Source: Octopus bimaculoides
Lineage: Eukaryota
DNA length: 32,756 bases
Direction: 5' to 3'
NCBI RefSeq assembly: GCF_001194135.2
Contig: NC_068987.1
Location: forward strand, 59,563,473 to 59,596,228
Positions within the stretch are counted from its first letter, which is position 1; the number at the start of each line of letters is the position of its first letter. A model generated the notes under the pieces. The model did not search any database and had not been told where the DNA came from. It saw nothing but the letters and a program-made list of their open reading frames with translations. The translations under genes were made by a program, and so were the position numbers. Shown piece by piece: positions 8,972-20,774 of the stretch.

Positions 8972-10055
8972 ATGATAATAATCCTTTCTACTATAGGCAC
9001 AAGGACTAAAATTTAGGGGAGGGGAATAGTCAATTACATCGACCCCGGTATTCAACCGGTGCTTAATTTATTAACCCCATGAGGATGAAAGGTGAAGCTG
9101 ACCTCAGCAGAATTTGAACTCAGAACGTGAAGACGGACAAAATGCTGCTAAGCATTTTGCCTGGAATGCTAACAATTCTGTTAGCTTGCCACCATAATAA
9201 TAATTCTTTCTTGTTTCAGCACACTATCAGCAATTTTGAGGGAATGGAGCTATTGATTACATTGACTCCAAAAGGATGAAAGGCAAAGGAATTTAAACTT
9301 AGAATGTTCAGGCAGATGAAATGCCACTATTTTGTGTGCTGTGTGGTTTCAAATTTTGGTACAAATCCAGTGCTTTTAGGGATGGGAGCAGTCGATTTAA
9401 TGGACCCCAATGATCAAGTGGTACTTATTTTATCAACCTTGGAAAAATGAAAAGCAAAGGTGATCTCAGCAGAATTTGAACTCGGAATGCAAAAAATTAG
9501 AAGAAATGTTTTTAAGCATTTTCTCTCATGCACTAAACATTCTATTAGCTTGCTGCTTGAAAAAAATAACTATTTCTAACATAGCCTAAAGGCCTGAAAT
9601 GGGTCTTAATCTGGCCCTGATTAGACCATACAAGAAATGCCTTACCCATTTAATTACATTCTTTTATATCATAAATTCATGTCTCACTGAGGTCTGCTTT
9701 ACTTTCATCGTCCTGGAATCGATAAAATAGTGCTGACTAATTTACCATCAATGTTCTAATGACTTCACTGCCATCTATTGTTTCTAACATAGGCATAAAG
9801 CCTAAAATTTTGCGGGAGAAGGTTAATCAATTATTTCAACCCTGATACTCGACTGTTAGCTTGTTTTATGGATCCCAAATGGAAAGGTAAATTTGAACTC
9901 AGAACATAAAAACAACAACAGTAGTAATTTCTAACATTGGGTACAAGGCCATAAAATAGTGGGACAGATACAGCCAATCAAGTCAGTACTAGTCATTGAC
10001 AGGTATTAAGTCACAAGAGAACTTGACAGAACTTAAAATCAGAATGTAAAGTGAA
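8972..10055 (-). mobile_element. Cluster of about seven family B SINE copies and fragments
   Basis: Near-full copy at 8972-9193, followed by decayed copies at about 9195-9330, 9345-9560, 9565-9600, 9680-9735 (opposite strand), 9775-9910 and 9912-10055. Confidence 0.68.
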
Positions 10056-10561
10056 AGTAACGTATCTAAATACACATGTCACAAATTATAAGCTTAACAA
10101 TAAACTATCAATAATTATAGATTTAATTACAATATAAACAATAATATTAACGAGAATTATTAACTTAGAAGATGAATATAGGCAACTGAGTCAACCCTAG
10201 CATACGACTGGGGAAACACAAAGTCAGCTCCTACAAGGGTTTGATCTTAGAACATAAAGAGACAAAATTAAAGGATTTAATTAGGTCTTTATTGATTATA
10301 AATAACACAAGTAATAATGATAATACTAATAACACAAGTAATAATGGTATTTCAAAACAAGCGCTTTCTCTCTCTCTCTCTCCCTATCTCTCTTGTATCC
10401 TCCTCCCGACTCTCTCTCACATTTGCTTTTCATTTTGGGACACTCATTAATGACTACAGCTTGACTCTGCTGACAGCTTGAGCTCTAAAGGTGGAAAAAA
10501 ATTACTATGAATGTGTAAAAATGTATAACTGATAGACAATGTAATAAATTAACTGACATAC

Positions 10562-10642
10562 TGTCATGTATATTATTTTGAAGATCTAATTCTCCAGGCC
10601 AGAGGTTTGCCAAGTGGCCATGTGATGGCTGGTTCTGTTGAC
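10562..10642 (-). CDS. GNPTAB: GNPTAB exon (81 nt, phase 1-1), inter-LNR linker: GQQNQPSHGHLANLWPGELDLQNNIHD
   Basis: Strong acceptor ttttccttattag, donor A|gtatgt; symmetric phase-1 exon lying between the LNR1 and LNR2 exons. Confidence 0.8.
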
Positions 10643-10866
10643 CTAATAAGGAAAATGAAAAACAAAATAAGTAGTGGTCACACACATACTTATATATTAT
10701 TATATATAAACAACAATAACAAGCTAAGCAATATTTTAATGGTACTGTTAAATGCTGATTTATTTCTGGGACATAGTTATAATTTGGAAATTAAATGTGG
10801 CTTGCAAACATGTTTTCTGACTATTTAATCTCATGCATAAAGCTCATTACCAAGCAAAGAAAGTAA

Positions 10867-10867
<1 letters not shown>

Positions 10868-10925
<58 letters not shown>
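10868..10925 (+). repeat. Poly(A) run of 58 nt
   Basis: Read directly. Confidence 0.95.
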
Positions 10926-10927
<2 letters not shown>

Positions 10928-11248
10928 ACACCTTTTTATTGCCTTCACCTAAAATCCTTAAGCTTAATGCAAACTTGCTGAAAGGAGGTAAAGGAAAGAA
11001 GCCATTCTCATGCACTATCAATTGCACATATGCATGCACGCACGCACACACGCTTTGTTTGCCAAAAGTAGTTTCACACACATAATAAATGCTTTCTTTT
11101 CTAACACATAAGAGTTCCCATCGTTAAACTTGTTGGCCGGCTTTATTATTGAGCATGCAAAAAACTAAAAGTCTAAATATTGCACTAATAGGAAAGATAC
11201 TAAAGCAAGAACAAAAACAAAACAGGGACACACACATTTATATGTATA

Positions 11249-11385
11249 GGTGTCAGCATGGCAGCGTGGTTTGCTTCCCAATCACAAAGTTTTGGGTTCA
11301 GTCCTACTGTGTGACAACTGGTGCCTTCTTCTATAGCCCTCAGTCAATCAAAGCCTTTTGAATGAATGTGTTAGAAGCCTGTCAT
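11249..11385 (+). mobile_element. Degenerate tRNA-derived SINE, distinct family
   Basis: gcatggcagcgtggt...ttgcttcccaatcaca...gggttcagtcctactg head, followed by ttctatagcc...aaagcctt. Confidence 0.5.
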
Positions 11386-12411
11386 ATACCACTGTCATTA
11401 TCTTCATTACCATCAACATTGTTTTAACATCTACCTTCCTATGCTTGCAAGGGTCAGTTGAGAATATGTTGGACTATAGTTTTCTACAGCTTGATACCCT
11501 TCTGCAACATGTACTGGTTGCAGGTACATGTTGTACATGAAGTTGTGGCTGTGATGCTGCTGCCTGGGTTACTTGATACAGGAGTTCATGCAAGTTGTAT
11601 ATTCGCTGTTGATCCATGATGAAGTAATTCATGAACAATGAAGTGTTGGAACCTGGGAAAGTTGCTTGCTGAGCTGTGTATGTAGAGAGATGATATTGTC
11701 GACATTGAGAATATGATGGTAGTGACGAAGAAGGAGATTGCAGTAATGCTATTGGATGAAATTAAGTCTCAATGTGGCTGCTGTGCAGTTGTCACTGGAA
11801 CTGGCTGTATCTTGTGTGGTCAGTGGCTAGACCTAAAGAGGTCAGGAACCAAAAGATGTGTATTGAAGAAAAAGCTGGGTTTTTATAGAAAGTAGTAGGC
11901 TCAAAATAGGGTCCAAAAAAGGTTGTTCACATGATGCTATCTAAAGTCTCTGATTGGCTATCCACAGTCAGTTGGCACAACAGAGTAGGAGACAAATTGT
12001 GCCAATACCAACCAATCGGGGTAGTGGACACAACAGGATACAAACAGCAGCTGAAGGCCAGTTGGTCCTTGCTACGTTCAAATGCATGTATAGAGTCTAC
12101 GCTACACTGACACTACTTTTTTCACACATTCTTCTATACTTCAGTATTCCTTGCTGTGGTTAGCACTTTTGAATCATCCACTTTTCTCTCTCTTCACCCT
12201 GTCACTTCTACTTGACCACTATCTTCTCTTCAGCTTGTCCCCCACCCCCAACAACTTCTGCTGCTTCTTTCACTTGTGTCCATACTTCCCCCCAAAAAGG
12301 TTGCTTTTGTTCCACTATTTCACTTCTGTGCCATTTTCCTTCTTCACTGCTCTGCATGTGTAAGTGTGTTCTTGTCCTAAGTTATTTCATCTTTTTGGAT
12401 TGTGCCATCTT

Positions 12412-12577
12412 CATCATCATCATCATCGTTTAAAGTCCACTTTCCATGCTAGCACGGGTTGGACGATTTCACTGAGGACTGGTGAAACCAGATGGCTACA
12501 CCAGGCTCCAATCTGATTTGGCAGAGTTTCTACAGCTGGATGCTCTTCCTAACACCAACCACTCCGAGAGTGTAGTG
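12412..12577 (-). mobile_element. Family A copy, truncated
   Basis: (cat)n-gtttaaagtccactttccatgctagc...actccgagagtgtagtg. Confidence 0.8.
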
Positions 12578-12898
12578 ATACATTATTGATTTCTCTGGAC
12601 TTTTATATCAATTTTCTGTACTTTCAACCAATTACTTTTACTTATCACAAAATTCAAAAAGTTTTCTCTCATTTTTGAATTTTAACATATGCTTTTTTGT
12701 TTCACAGCCACACACTTCTGAAAAGAAAAAAAGAAAAACTCTTTCCATCCCTACTTGCTTCTATTTATGCCGTTGCATACACAGATAAAACACATAATAC
12801 ATGTATGTGTGTATGTTTTTGTATGAATGTGTGTGTTTGTGTGTTATATGTATATAAGGTAAGCTGATGAATAATTGTATGATCTATTTTATTGTTAC

Positions 12899-13022
12899 CT
12901 TCACAGTCGCCTCCATCCCAATCACATCGGGAATTATTGCAGCTTTTATCACAGTAGCCATCTTTAATCCACATTGCAGGACAGTTTTCAGCACAATTAG
13001 GTGTTGGCCAGGTTAGATAAAC
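12899..13022 (-). CDS. GNPTAB: GNPTAB exon (124 nt, phase 0-1), LNR/Notch repeat 1: [41 protein letters not shown]
   Basis: Acceptor ccttacag, donor G|gtaaca; six-Cys LNR pattern. Confidence 0.96.
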
Positions 13023-13100
13023 CTGTAAGGAAACATACAAACAATCATCAGGTAAAAAAAAAACAAAAATAAAAGAAACATTTGAAATCATAATCATTTA

Positions 13101-14120
13101 ATATCTGTTTTCCATGCTAGTATAGGTTGGAGGGTTTGATGGGAGCTGATCAACTGAATAGCTGCCCAGGCTCCATGTCTGTTTTGGCATGGTTTCTATG
13201 GCTTTGTCCTTCCTATTGCTAACCACTTTACAGAGTGTACTGGGAATTATAAACAATAAACTGTTTTGACATTTGTCTTAAATTTTATAGTCAGTGATAT
13301 CTCATTGCAATGATCTTTCAATAGATCAGTTAAAAATTAGTCAGCCTGTATTTGTTTCTGTTTCCATCTCTAATTATGTGACACACGATTTTCACTCTAA
13401 TGCACTTCCTACCCACCCACTTTTTCTCTTCCCCCTATCTCTAAAGACTTGCTTTCCTGCACAACATGTACCTTGACCTTGCATCTCTCTCACTCCTTTC
13501 AAGTAAGGAAGCCACGTATTCATTTCTTCAGCAAGACACTTGCTCCTATCCCTCTATCATATTTTCCTATCCTTTAATACTATACCCCACTTAGGTGAAG
13601 GATCTTAGTCTTGTAGGTACTGGGTAACCTCACCAGTGCTGGTACCATATAAAAAAAAATGGTACCCAGTACACTTTAAAGTGGCTGGAATTAGGAAGGG
13701 CATCCAACTGTAGAAAGCTTGCCAAAACATATACTGAAGCTTGGTACAGCCCTCTCGCCTGTCAGTTCATGCCAAACCATTCAACTCACGCCAGCACTAG
13801 TAGAAAGGTCAAAGCCATGAAAACTGTGTCAGAATTAAGATTCTGAATTCAAACCCAGTATAGGGATATGCTAATGTGTGTCTGTGTAAAAAGGGGGAGG
13901 AGGAAAAATAGACTGTCATTGTTTTGCCTTCAGTTTCCATACTGGCATGTGTTGTCCAGGCCATCACAGTCTAAGTTTCCTCTTATTTGGATGGTTCCAT
14001 ATAAGATGAGTCAGAGACCATGTCTCCATTTTCAGTATGGTTACAATGGCTGGATGCCCTTTCGAATGCCAACCACTTTATAGAATGTATTGGGAGCATT
14101 TTATCACAGCACCAGCACTA
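13101..14120. mobile_element. Three older, degenerate family A copies (13101-13250 minus, 13610-13800 plus, 13930-14120 minus)
   Basis: Each keeps a variant of ggaagggcatccagctgtagaa or its reverse complement. Confidence 0.55.
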
Positions 14121-14517
14121 GAGATGATGTCATGTCCTCAGTAAAGCTAAAAGGTCATCACAATACATTTTACTGTGGCATGAGCACTAGATGAGGTTGA
14201 CTTGTATGCTACAAACCTGAAGAGTCCTTACAACTCTCTGTTGCCACCACTCAATCAAAGCAATGTAACCAGAAGGATAAGAGAAGAAGGAGGATAGGAG
14301 AAGTAGAGTGAGTAACAAAGGAGAGAATAATGTAAGACAGTGATGGCAGCTACATGAAGGATGTTATTGAATCAGATAGTCTGGAAGATGCAATTACTTC
14401 AACAATGTGGGCTAATATAATGCTTAAGTATATAGTACTCTTATTGTTTAGTGTGTACTTACTACTCATGATACCTATCGACAGCTAGGAAGACTGAACC
14501 AAAGATAGTTAAACATA

Positions 14518-14519
<2 letters not shown>

Positions 14520-14570
<51 letters not shown>
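14520..14570. repeat. (CT)n(CA)n compound microsatellite
   Basis: Read directly. Confidence 0.9.
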
Positions 14571-15047
14571 TGTAGCACTAGTGACAGAAATATGAGTCAC
14601 TGATCTGGTGACTTGACATCTCAATTTGGTCAAGAATAAATCCTCAAAACTCTAATAATTTATATTCAGCCAGAGCTCTCACGTTAAATATAGTTATACT
14701 ACATACTTAGAATTGTGTTCTATAAGTTTGTCAAGGGAAAAAAAAGAAGCAGTGTTTGTTTTCAATGCAGGAACTCTCAGTCTAGTTAGACAAATGTAGT
14801 TGTTCCTAAGCATGTATATTGGCAAATCGATAGCTGCAGGAGAAAAGTAAAACACGAGGTAGAAAGAACTAAAAGTTTGATTCCTGATTGAAATGCTTAC
14901 AACAGAGTAAAATTCACTAAATGCACCCAAGGGCCAGGTAGAAGTATTAAACTGGGCAGTGACTTATGGTAAACTATAAAGGGTGGTCCTGATATTTTAT
15001 TTTCTAATTACAGTCAAAATAGCTTAGAATAAAACTAGTTAACCTAC

Positions 15048-15218
15048 CTTTTGTCCAGTTGAATGAGAATAAAAATCATCAGGCCAGACTTCTTTGCCAA
15101 ACATTACATCATCATTGAGATAGATAAATTTATCTGAAATTCCTGGAATACGGTGTAAATTGGCTTCTATTGCAGGAGAGGAAAAAGTAGGAAGGTAACT
15201 TTTATTCAAAAAGATATC
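15048..15218 (-). CDS. GNPTAB: GNPTAB exon (171 nt, phase 0-0), Stealth CR2: [57 protein letters not shown]
   Basis: Acceptor ctctacag, donor AAG|gtaggt; [10 protein letters not shown] and YLNDDVMFG motifs. Confidence 0.97.
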
Positions 15219-16369
15219 CTGTAGAGTATATATAACATAATAATAGTAAATAAAAAGTGAAAAAAAAAAAAGGTAAATATGCAACATATTTCAATTAGAA
15301 AGTAGACCTTTTATTAGTCAACATTAGGAAGGTAAAACCCCAATATTCAGTGGAGAAAATCTGAAGATATTTGTAAAAAGTCTACAGTAAATTAGTAAAA
15401 CATAATTTTTTTTTTTGTTTTGTTTTGGCCAAGGTGTTTCTTTGGGGAAGGAATTTCGAAATTTCTGAAGTAATCTCTTCTCATGGCACATAAACATAAG
15501 TCATATTTAGTTTATTCACTGTTGGCTGATACAAACAACTATAAAATATTCACTTTACATAGAAGCCATTTATACATACATGTACAGGGGTCCTTTGAAG
15601 GACAGATATCTTGGCTAAATGAATACTTTGTCAGTTATAATGAGATCTCACCAACTTATGAAACCACAGCAGCTGTTACAAGCCAACAAAGAAGTCTCTA
15701 AACAGATGTTCAATGGCTGAAAAAACCCCAGCCAAATCTTCCTCAAATCACATCCAAGTATTTTTAAAAAGAAAGGACACATGGAGTAATGTAAATACAC
15801 TATGTCTGAAATTAAAATAGAGTGATCATGGATAGAATACTTTTGGCAATAGGTCAGATAAACGAAGTCTGATCTGGACCTAAACAAGAATGGCAACTTT
15901 AAAAGACAATCAATGTGCGATTGTAAATAATTTTTTTTCTTTTTCTGCTTTCATGAATTCCCATGACTCTCTGTTGCCATCCAACACCATTATAATAAAT
16001 TTGCATTAGGAGCTTGAGTCATACTGAATCTTTCATTAGCTGATACACAAACATGGATGCCACTCCAATAGATGCGCTGCAGCTACTCTCTTGATAGTTA
16101 GGTGACTGACTGTTGATCTAGGATTCTTCCACTCAGCATCAATGTAAGAAGAACTGTTGACTCATTTGCGTTCTTCCGCTACCTCTTCACAATCCATCTT
16201 GCTGCAGACCCATGACTTCATCATATATCCGGCAGGGTGGCTAAATGGGTTCTATGCCTTGCCAAAAGGCAGCTTGTAACTATGCAGGGCATGGTTGTAA
16301 CTCAAAAAGATATTTTCAAAATACCCGCATACCCTAGTAAATATAATAGAAACAAGTCACAATACAAAC

Positions 16370-16501
16370 CTCATGAGTAACCATATGTAGTCGTGGGTTG
16401 TCCAAATTTAACCAAGATGGTATCTGACCATTAGTAACAATAAAGACATTCCGAACCCATGGTGCAAACTTTTCAATCGATCTCAATGAATATCGTAGTT
16501 C
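16370..16501 (-). CDS. GNPTAB: GNPTAB exon (132 nt, phase 0-0), Stealth CR2: [44 protein letters not shown]
   Basis: Acceptor tttgttgtag, donor GAG|gtttgt; near-identical to the conserved CR2 core. Confidence 0.97.
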
Positions 16502-16857
16502 CTACAACAAATAAACGGCATATCCTAACAATACACACATGAATTGTGTATACCATTGTACACACACATACACACTAAATATGTATTACTGAGATTCTGC
16601 TATGTAAATTTATTTTACATCGTACTCTGCCAGTGTTTGCATAGAATCATAGGTTGGTTCTCTTCAAATAAATAGAAAATCAATTTAAAATTGTAAAGTC
16701 TATGTAGATTCATAAAGACTTTAAACAAACATCTGATTTTCATATAAAAGGTCAGTTGGATTTTTAGGAGTGTAATATCAAAAAACAAGTTGTTATTTGA
16801 GTATATATATTTGTTCATTCATTTTTCCATGAGATCTTAAAAACAAAATATCATATA

Positions 16858-17036
16858 AAAAGCACCAAGTAAACTCAGTAAAGTGATTGGCATTAAGAAG
16901 AGCATTCAGCCATAAAAAACATACCGAAACAGACTATGGAAAATGGTGCAGCCCCTGGCTTTGCCAGTTCATGCCAAACTGTTCAGCCCATGTCAGTATG
17001 GAAAATGGACATTAAAAGTTGTTGATGATGATGATA
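16858..17036 (+). mobile_element. Degenerate family A copy
   Basis: ggcattaagaagagcattcagccataaaa...tggaaaatggacattaaa...(gat)n. Confidence 0.65.
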
Positions 17037-17371
17037 TGGATTAGGCGAAACTTATTTAGAAATATTTTTTTATGGCTGGATGCTCTTTGTGTCACCAACA
17101 CTTAATTTTTTTTGCAAGTATTTTTATTCTACTGATTCTTGCATGCTGAAAGTGGAACTATGAGATTTCTGCTTTCAAGAGAGTGCAAATACAGACACCA
17201 TTTTTTAGAATGAACATTTTTTTGGGGGTTCATTGTTGTTAATAAGGACATCTAGAAAAGAACATTCACAAACATACACACTTGCACAAACAGACATTGG
17301 GATTCTCCTTAATATCCATCTATCAATTTCACTCAGCTTTTACAATAAGGGCATCATACCTCTGCATGTCA

Positions 17372-17660
17372 TTAAAGGATAAAGATTCCCTTTGGTCATG
17401 AATAGCCATGGGACTGCACCTAGAAATTTCCCCTCCGAGACATAAGTCTGGGCAAGGTTGTTTATGGAAGAACAGCAGTTGCCCATGCATACCAGCCTCC
17501 CCTCTCCATGCTAACCATATTATCTGAGGGGAAGGCAAAGGCTGCCACAGTTTGGCACCAGTAACATTGTAACTAATTTCTACAGCTAAGTGAACTGGAG
17601 GAATCAGCCTCACTACCTCATAATTGTGAGTCTGACGCTCTAACCACTGATCCATGTCTT
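17372..17660 (-). mobile_element. tRNA-derived SINE, family C
   Basis: Minus-strand head tggatcagtggttagagcgtcagactc...gctgattcc (A-box and degenerate B-box); body ends cccatggctattcatgaccaaagggaatctttatccttt. Confidence 0.6.
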
Positions 17661-18124
17661 TGCATGTCATTAGAAGCAACTAAAAGAGCTGGCACCAATG
17701 AGTGCCTCTGGCAATAAAATAATGCCTCAAAAAATTAATCAGTCCATGCCACCATGGAATAACATGAAAAAGAAAAGTAGGTATGCATGCATGCATGTAT
17801 GTGTGCATGTATGTTCTCTTCTACTTTTAATTACATGAAATCTTCCTTACCGGAAGGAACTAATTTCTGACAAAGATACAAAGCTCTATCATTGGAATGT
17901 AGGTTACAAAAAACACAATTTTGGACTCAAGATAAGTCTAGCATATTTTTCATATTGTATTTCTAGTGAACATGTTTTTCATAATGTATTTCTAGTGCAC
18001 ATATTAGATGGTCAATTTCTTTCTCTGAAAACCCTAGCTATACAAGATTCACACACACACATATTATATACATATACACAAAAAGAAAAGAACACTTCAG
18101 TTAATATCCGAATTAAAAATATAC

Positions 18125-18172
18125 CTCATTATCTTCAAAACGGCTTGGGGAAAAATCTTCTGTGCGAGAATA
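18125..18172 (-). CDS. GNPTAB: GNPTAB exon (48 nt, phase 0-0): YSRTEDFSPSRFEDNE (start of Stealth CR2)
   Basis: Acceptor tttaattatag, donor GAG|gtatat; SRFEDNE motif. Confidence 0.93.
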
Positions 18173-18674
18173 CTATAATTAAAGAAAATAACAAAGAATT
18201 TCTATTACAACCTACATTAAATTAAAACTAGTTTTGAAACCAGTGTGGAAGAGCAAAACAGAGTTAATTTGTAAAATGTATATAGCATGGCTAACTTATA
18301 AAAACAAAAACGATTTTTGAAATGAGCTCAACACCCAAAAATTTATTTCAGACAAACTTAGTTGAATGAATTCATCTTAGCACTTGAATCCAGGGAAATG
18401 AAAGCCATAGTTAACTTAGTGAGATTTTACTTCAAGAGTTTAAAGGAGTACTTTAAGGTAGTATTTAATGACACTATATGACGAGAGCTGCATTTGTATT
18501 AATTTTTGTTGTTTATAACAACAACAACAGCATTAATAATCACCAAATTTAGTTCAATTCATAGGGAACTGCTAATTTGGTTGATAAAGTGAAAATTTAT
18601 GTTCAAAGCAGCTGTTCCCAGACTTTAGATCTATTTTCACAACTGAAATGTAATAAAATTATTTGTTAACTTAC

Positions 18675-18743
18675 ATCATTGAGATCCCAAACAATACTGG
18701 CAGCAGCAAAAGATATTATTTTCTCGCTGATAGTCAAGTTAAG
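18675..18743 (-). CDS. GNPTAB: GNPTAB exon (69 nt, phase 0-0): LNLTISEKIISFAAASIVWDLND
   Basis: Acceptor tttctttttag, donor GAT|gtaagt; similar to vertebrate [20 protein letters not shown]. Confidence 0.9.
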
Positions 18744-19082
18744 CTAAAAAGAAAAACAAACAAAAAAAAAAAGGTTAAAAAAGGACCATGGATGTTGCCA
18801 TCCTATCCTTTGCAAATCTAGACTATACTGTTCAATATGGCCTTCTCTTCTCAAGAGGAAATTTAACTACTATTTCAAGCAAAAAAAATTACCACATGGA
18901 GATTCCCTTGTTTGTTTGTGATGATGGTATTGCTAAATTTAGCCTTAGGTCAGCAATAGTTGAGCATGTCTATGATCAAGACATTCTAGCTCTGACCATT
19001 CTATCTTTTATTCTGACAATGTATCTAAGACTACATTAATTCCTTGCGCATTGTAGGTAAATATTCCTTTATGTGATTTGAT

Positions 19083-19305
19083 CCTTTTGTTACCTTATTT
19101 CTGTTGGACTACAATGCATTTTGTTTCAATTAATTTTGAAAATAATGAAGAATTTAGTAAAATAACTTTGTCAATATTAAGTTGGTGTTTGGAACATAAA
19201 TTGACATGAAATTTTAATGGAAGGATTTGATTAAGATCACTATAAAACGGGAGGTTTGTATCAAAAAAACCAGAGGTAATGTCAGGCAGGTTGGTATCAA
19301 AAAGG
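19083..19305. mobile_element. TTAA-ended MITE, second family, copy 1
   Basis: Ends ccttttgttacc and ggtatcaaaaagg-TTAA are imperfect inverted repeats; the internal sequence aligns with 26343-26562. Confidence 0.6.
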
Positions 19306-19497
19306 TTAAAAGAGACATGAATACTATTTCTAGCAGGTCAAGCAGCCACACAGGGGCTTGTTCAATGTTTGCCTGTATTTGTGCATGTATAGTGGTACTT
19401 ATATTGCTAATTAGTTCACATAATCTATGATATTAAATGTACAAAAAATATCTGTCAAAGTCTAAAAACAGAAAGTATCTAAGAGACTATATCATAC

Positions 19498-19572
19498 CTG
19501 TAATACTTCTTCAAAGACAGCTTTGGTTTTAACATGTAACACAGCAACTCCTTTGTCTTCAAAAGAAACAAC
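19498..19572 (-). CDS. GNPTAB: GNPTAB exon (75 nt, phase 0-0): VVSFEDKGVAVLHVKTKAVFEEVLQ
   Basis: Acceptor actctttccag, donor CAG|gtatga; stop-free and consistent with spacer-1. Confidence 0.85.
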
Positions 19573-19623
19573 CTGGAAAGAGTAAGAATTAGGCAAATAT
19601 TAATAACATCGTCATGTTTTTAA

Positions 19624-20127
19624 CCCTTTAGCATTTAAACCAGCTGTATCTGGTCCAAATATTCTACCTGCTTTAGTTCAAACTGGCCAGATCCAATCTC
19701 TCACACCTCCCCTACAATATTTTAGAAATATACAATCACCTCATCGAAATCTCAAGGCTACAAGATAATGCATGATTAACTCAAAGTATTATGAATATAA
19801 AAGCATTACGTTTGATAGAGTAATCATCATTGTTTAACGTCTGCTTTCCATGCTAGCATGGGTTGGACGATTTGACTGAGGACTGGTGGACCAGGAGGCA
19901 ACATCAGGCTCCAATCTGATTTGGCAGAGTTTCTACAGCTGGATGCCCTTCCTAACGCCAACCACTCCGAGAGTGTAGTGGGTGCTTTTATGTGCCACCA
20001 GCACGAGGGCCAGTCAGGAGGTACTGGCAATGGCCACGCTCGAAATGGTGAATTTTACGTGTCACCTGCACAGGAGCCAGTCCATCGGCACTGGCAACGA
20101 TCTCGCTCGAATCTGAATGCTTAAGTG
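19624..20127. mobile_element. TTAA-flanked (piggyBac-like) MITE interrupted by a SINE
   Basis: TTAA at 19620-19623 and 20128-20131; TIRs CCCTTTAGCATTTA and tgaatgcttaagtg (11/14 match); SINE inserted at 19826-20109. Confidence 0.75.
19826..20109 (-). mobile_element. Family A copy nested in a TTAA MITE
   Basis: High similarity to 1-300; flanked by aatc at 19822-19825 and 20110-20113. Confidence 0.82.
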
Positions 20128-20164
20128 TTAAACATCTATATTTATGAAGTATTGCAAGAGTAAT

Positions 20165-20521
20165 AGGAGATTTCAAGTGGGAGATTTCAATAGGGCCTTC
20201 AAGTGACAAGTAACCATTCCTAAAGTGTGGAAACCACTCATAAACTTCTGTTTTGCTTATGGCAGCGTCCTTGTAAGCTGTCTGAGGCATGACAACTGTT
20301 TTGGCTGCCATATTCCCCAGCAGAAAACAGAGTTTCACAGAAGCATACTGTTCCTTTGTTTCAGTCATTGCAAAAATCTACGAACATGGGAGAAGCACTG
20401 CAAAACAAAGATGCACCACGTGGCAATGTAACCTTAGTTGATGCTACCGGTCGCAGAAGCTTGAACAGCAACAGGTTTGTCTCACAGGGAACGTTTCCGG
20501 TTACTTTTGGGCACCTCCTTG
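20165..20521 (-). mobile_element. mariner-type transposon 5' fragment (TIR and N-terminal HTH)
   Basis: EQYASVKLCFLLGNMAAKTVVM.QTAYKDAAISKTEVYEWFPHFRNG is a mariner HTH. The 5' end reads TA|CAAGGAGGTGCCCAAAAGTAACCGGAA with TA at 20522-20523. Confidence 0.85.
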
Positions 20522-20642
20522 TACAAACAACCAAATCTAGAAGCTACATGAACTTCTACATGCTACATTTATTTCAAGAAATAAGCATACTTAGTTAATA
20601 GCAAAAATAAAACCCTAAAAATAGATAAAAGAAAAAGCTTAC

Positions 20643-20774
20643 CTTTGAAAATACATCTTGATAAACGCTTGGAAAAAAGTTCTTCACATTCTTCATACCA
20701 TGTTTGAAAGGAATACCAGACATAATGATTACATCCTTTAGTAATACCCCCTGTGGTAATGTCCAATCAGATGT
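20643..20774 (-). CDS. GNPTAB: GNPTAB exon (132 nt, phase 0-0): TSDWTLPQGVLLKDVIIMSGIPFKHGMKNVKNFFPSVYQDVFSK
   Basis: Acceptor ttcttgtaatag, donor AAG|gtaagc; similar to vertebrate [22 protein letters not shown]. Confidence 0.9.

Noticed and set aside
15560-16320. GC-richer intronic block with ORF 15648-15896 (KILGCDL resembles RT KYLG)
   Set aside because: One weak motif and no supporting RT motifs; probably an old repeat, but not assignable.
17600-17660. tRNA-like sequences (also 1985-2054 and 9110-9190)
   Set aside because: Degenerate SINE heads with no complete cloverleaf; not tRNA genes.
17946-18003. 29-bp tandem duplication, and similar short ones near 8232-8265, 20166-20193 and 27199-27223
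   Set aside because: Ordinary slippage duplications without further structure.
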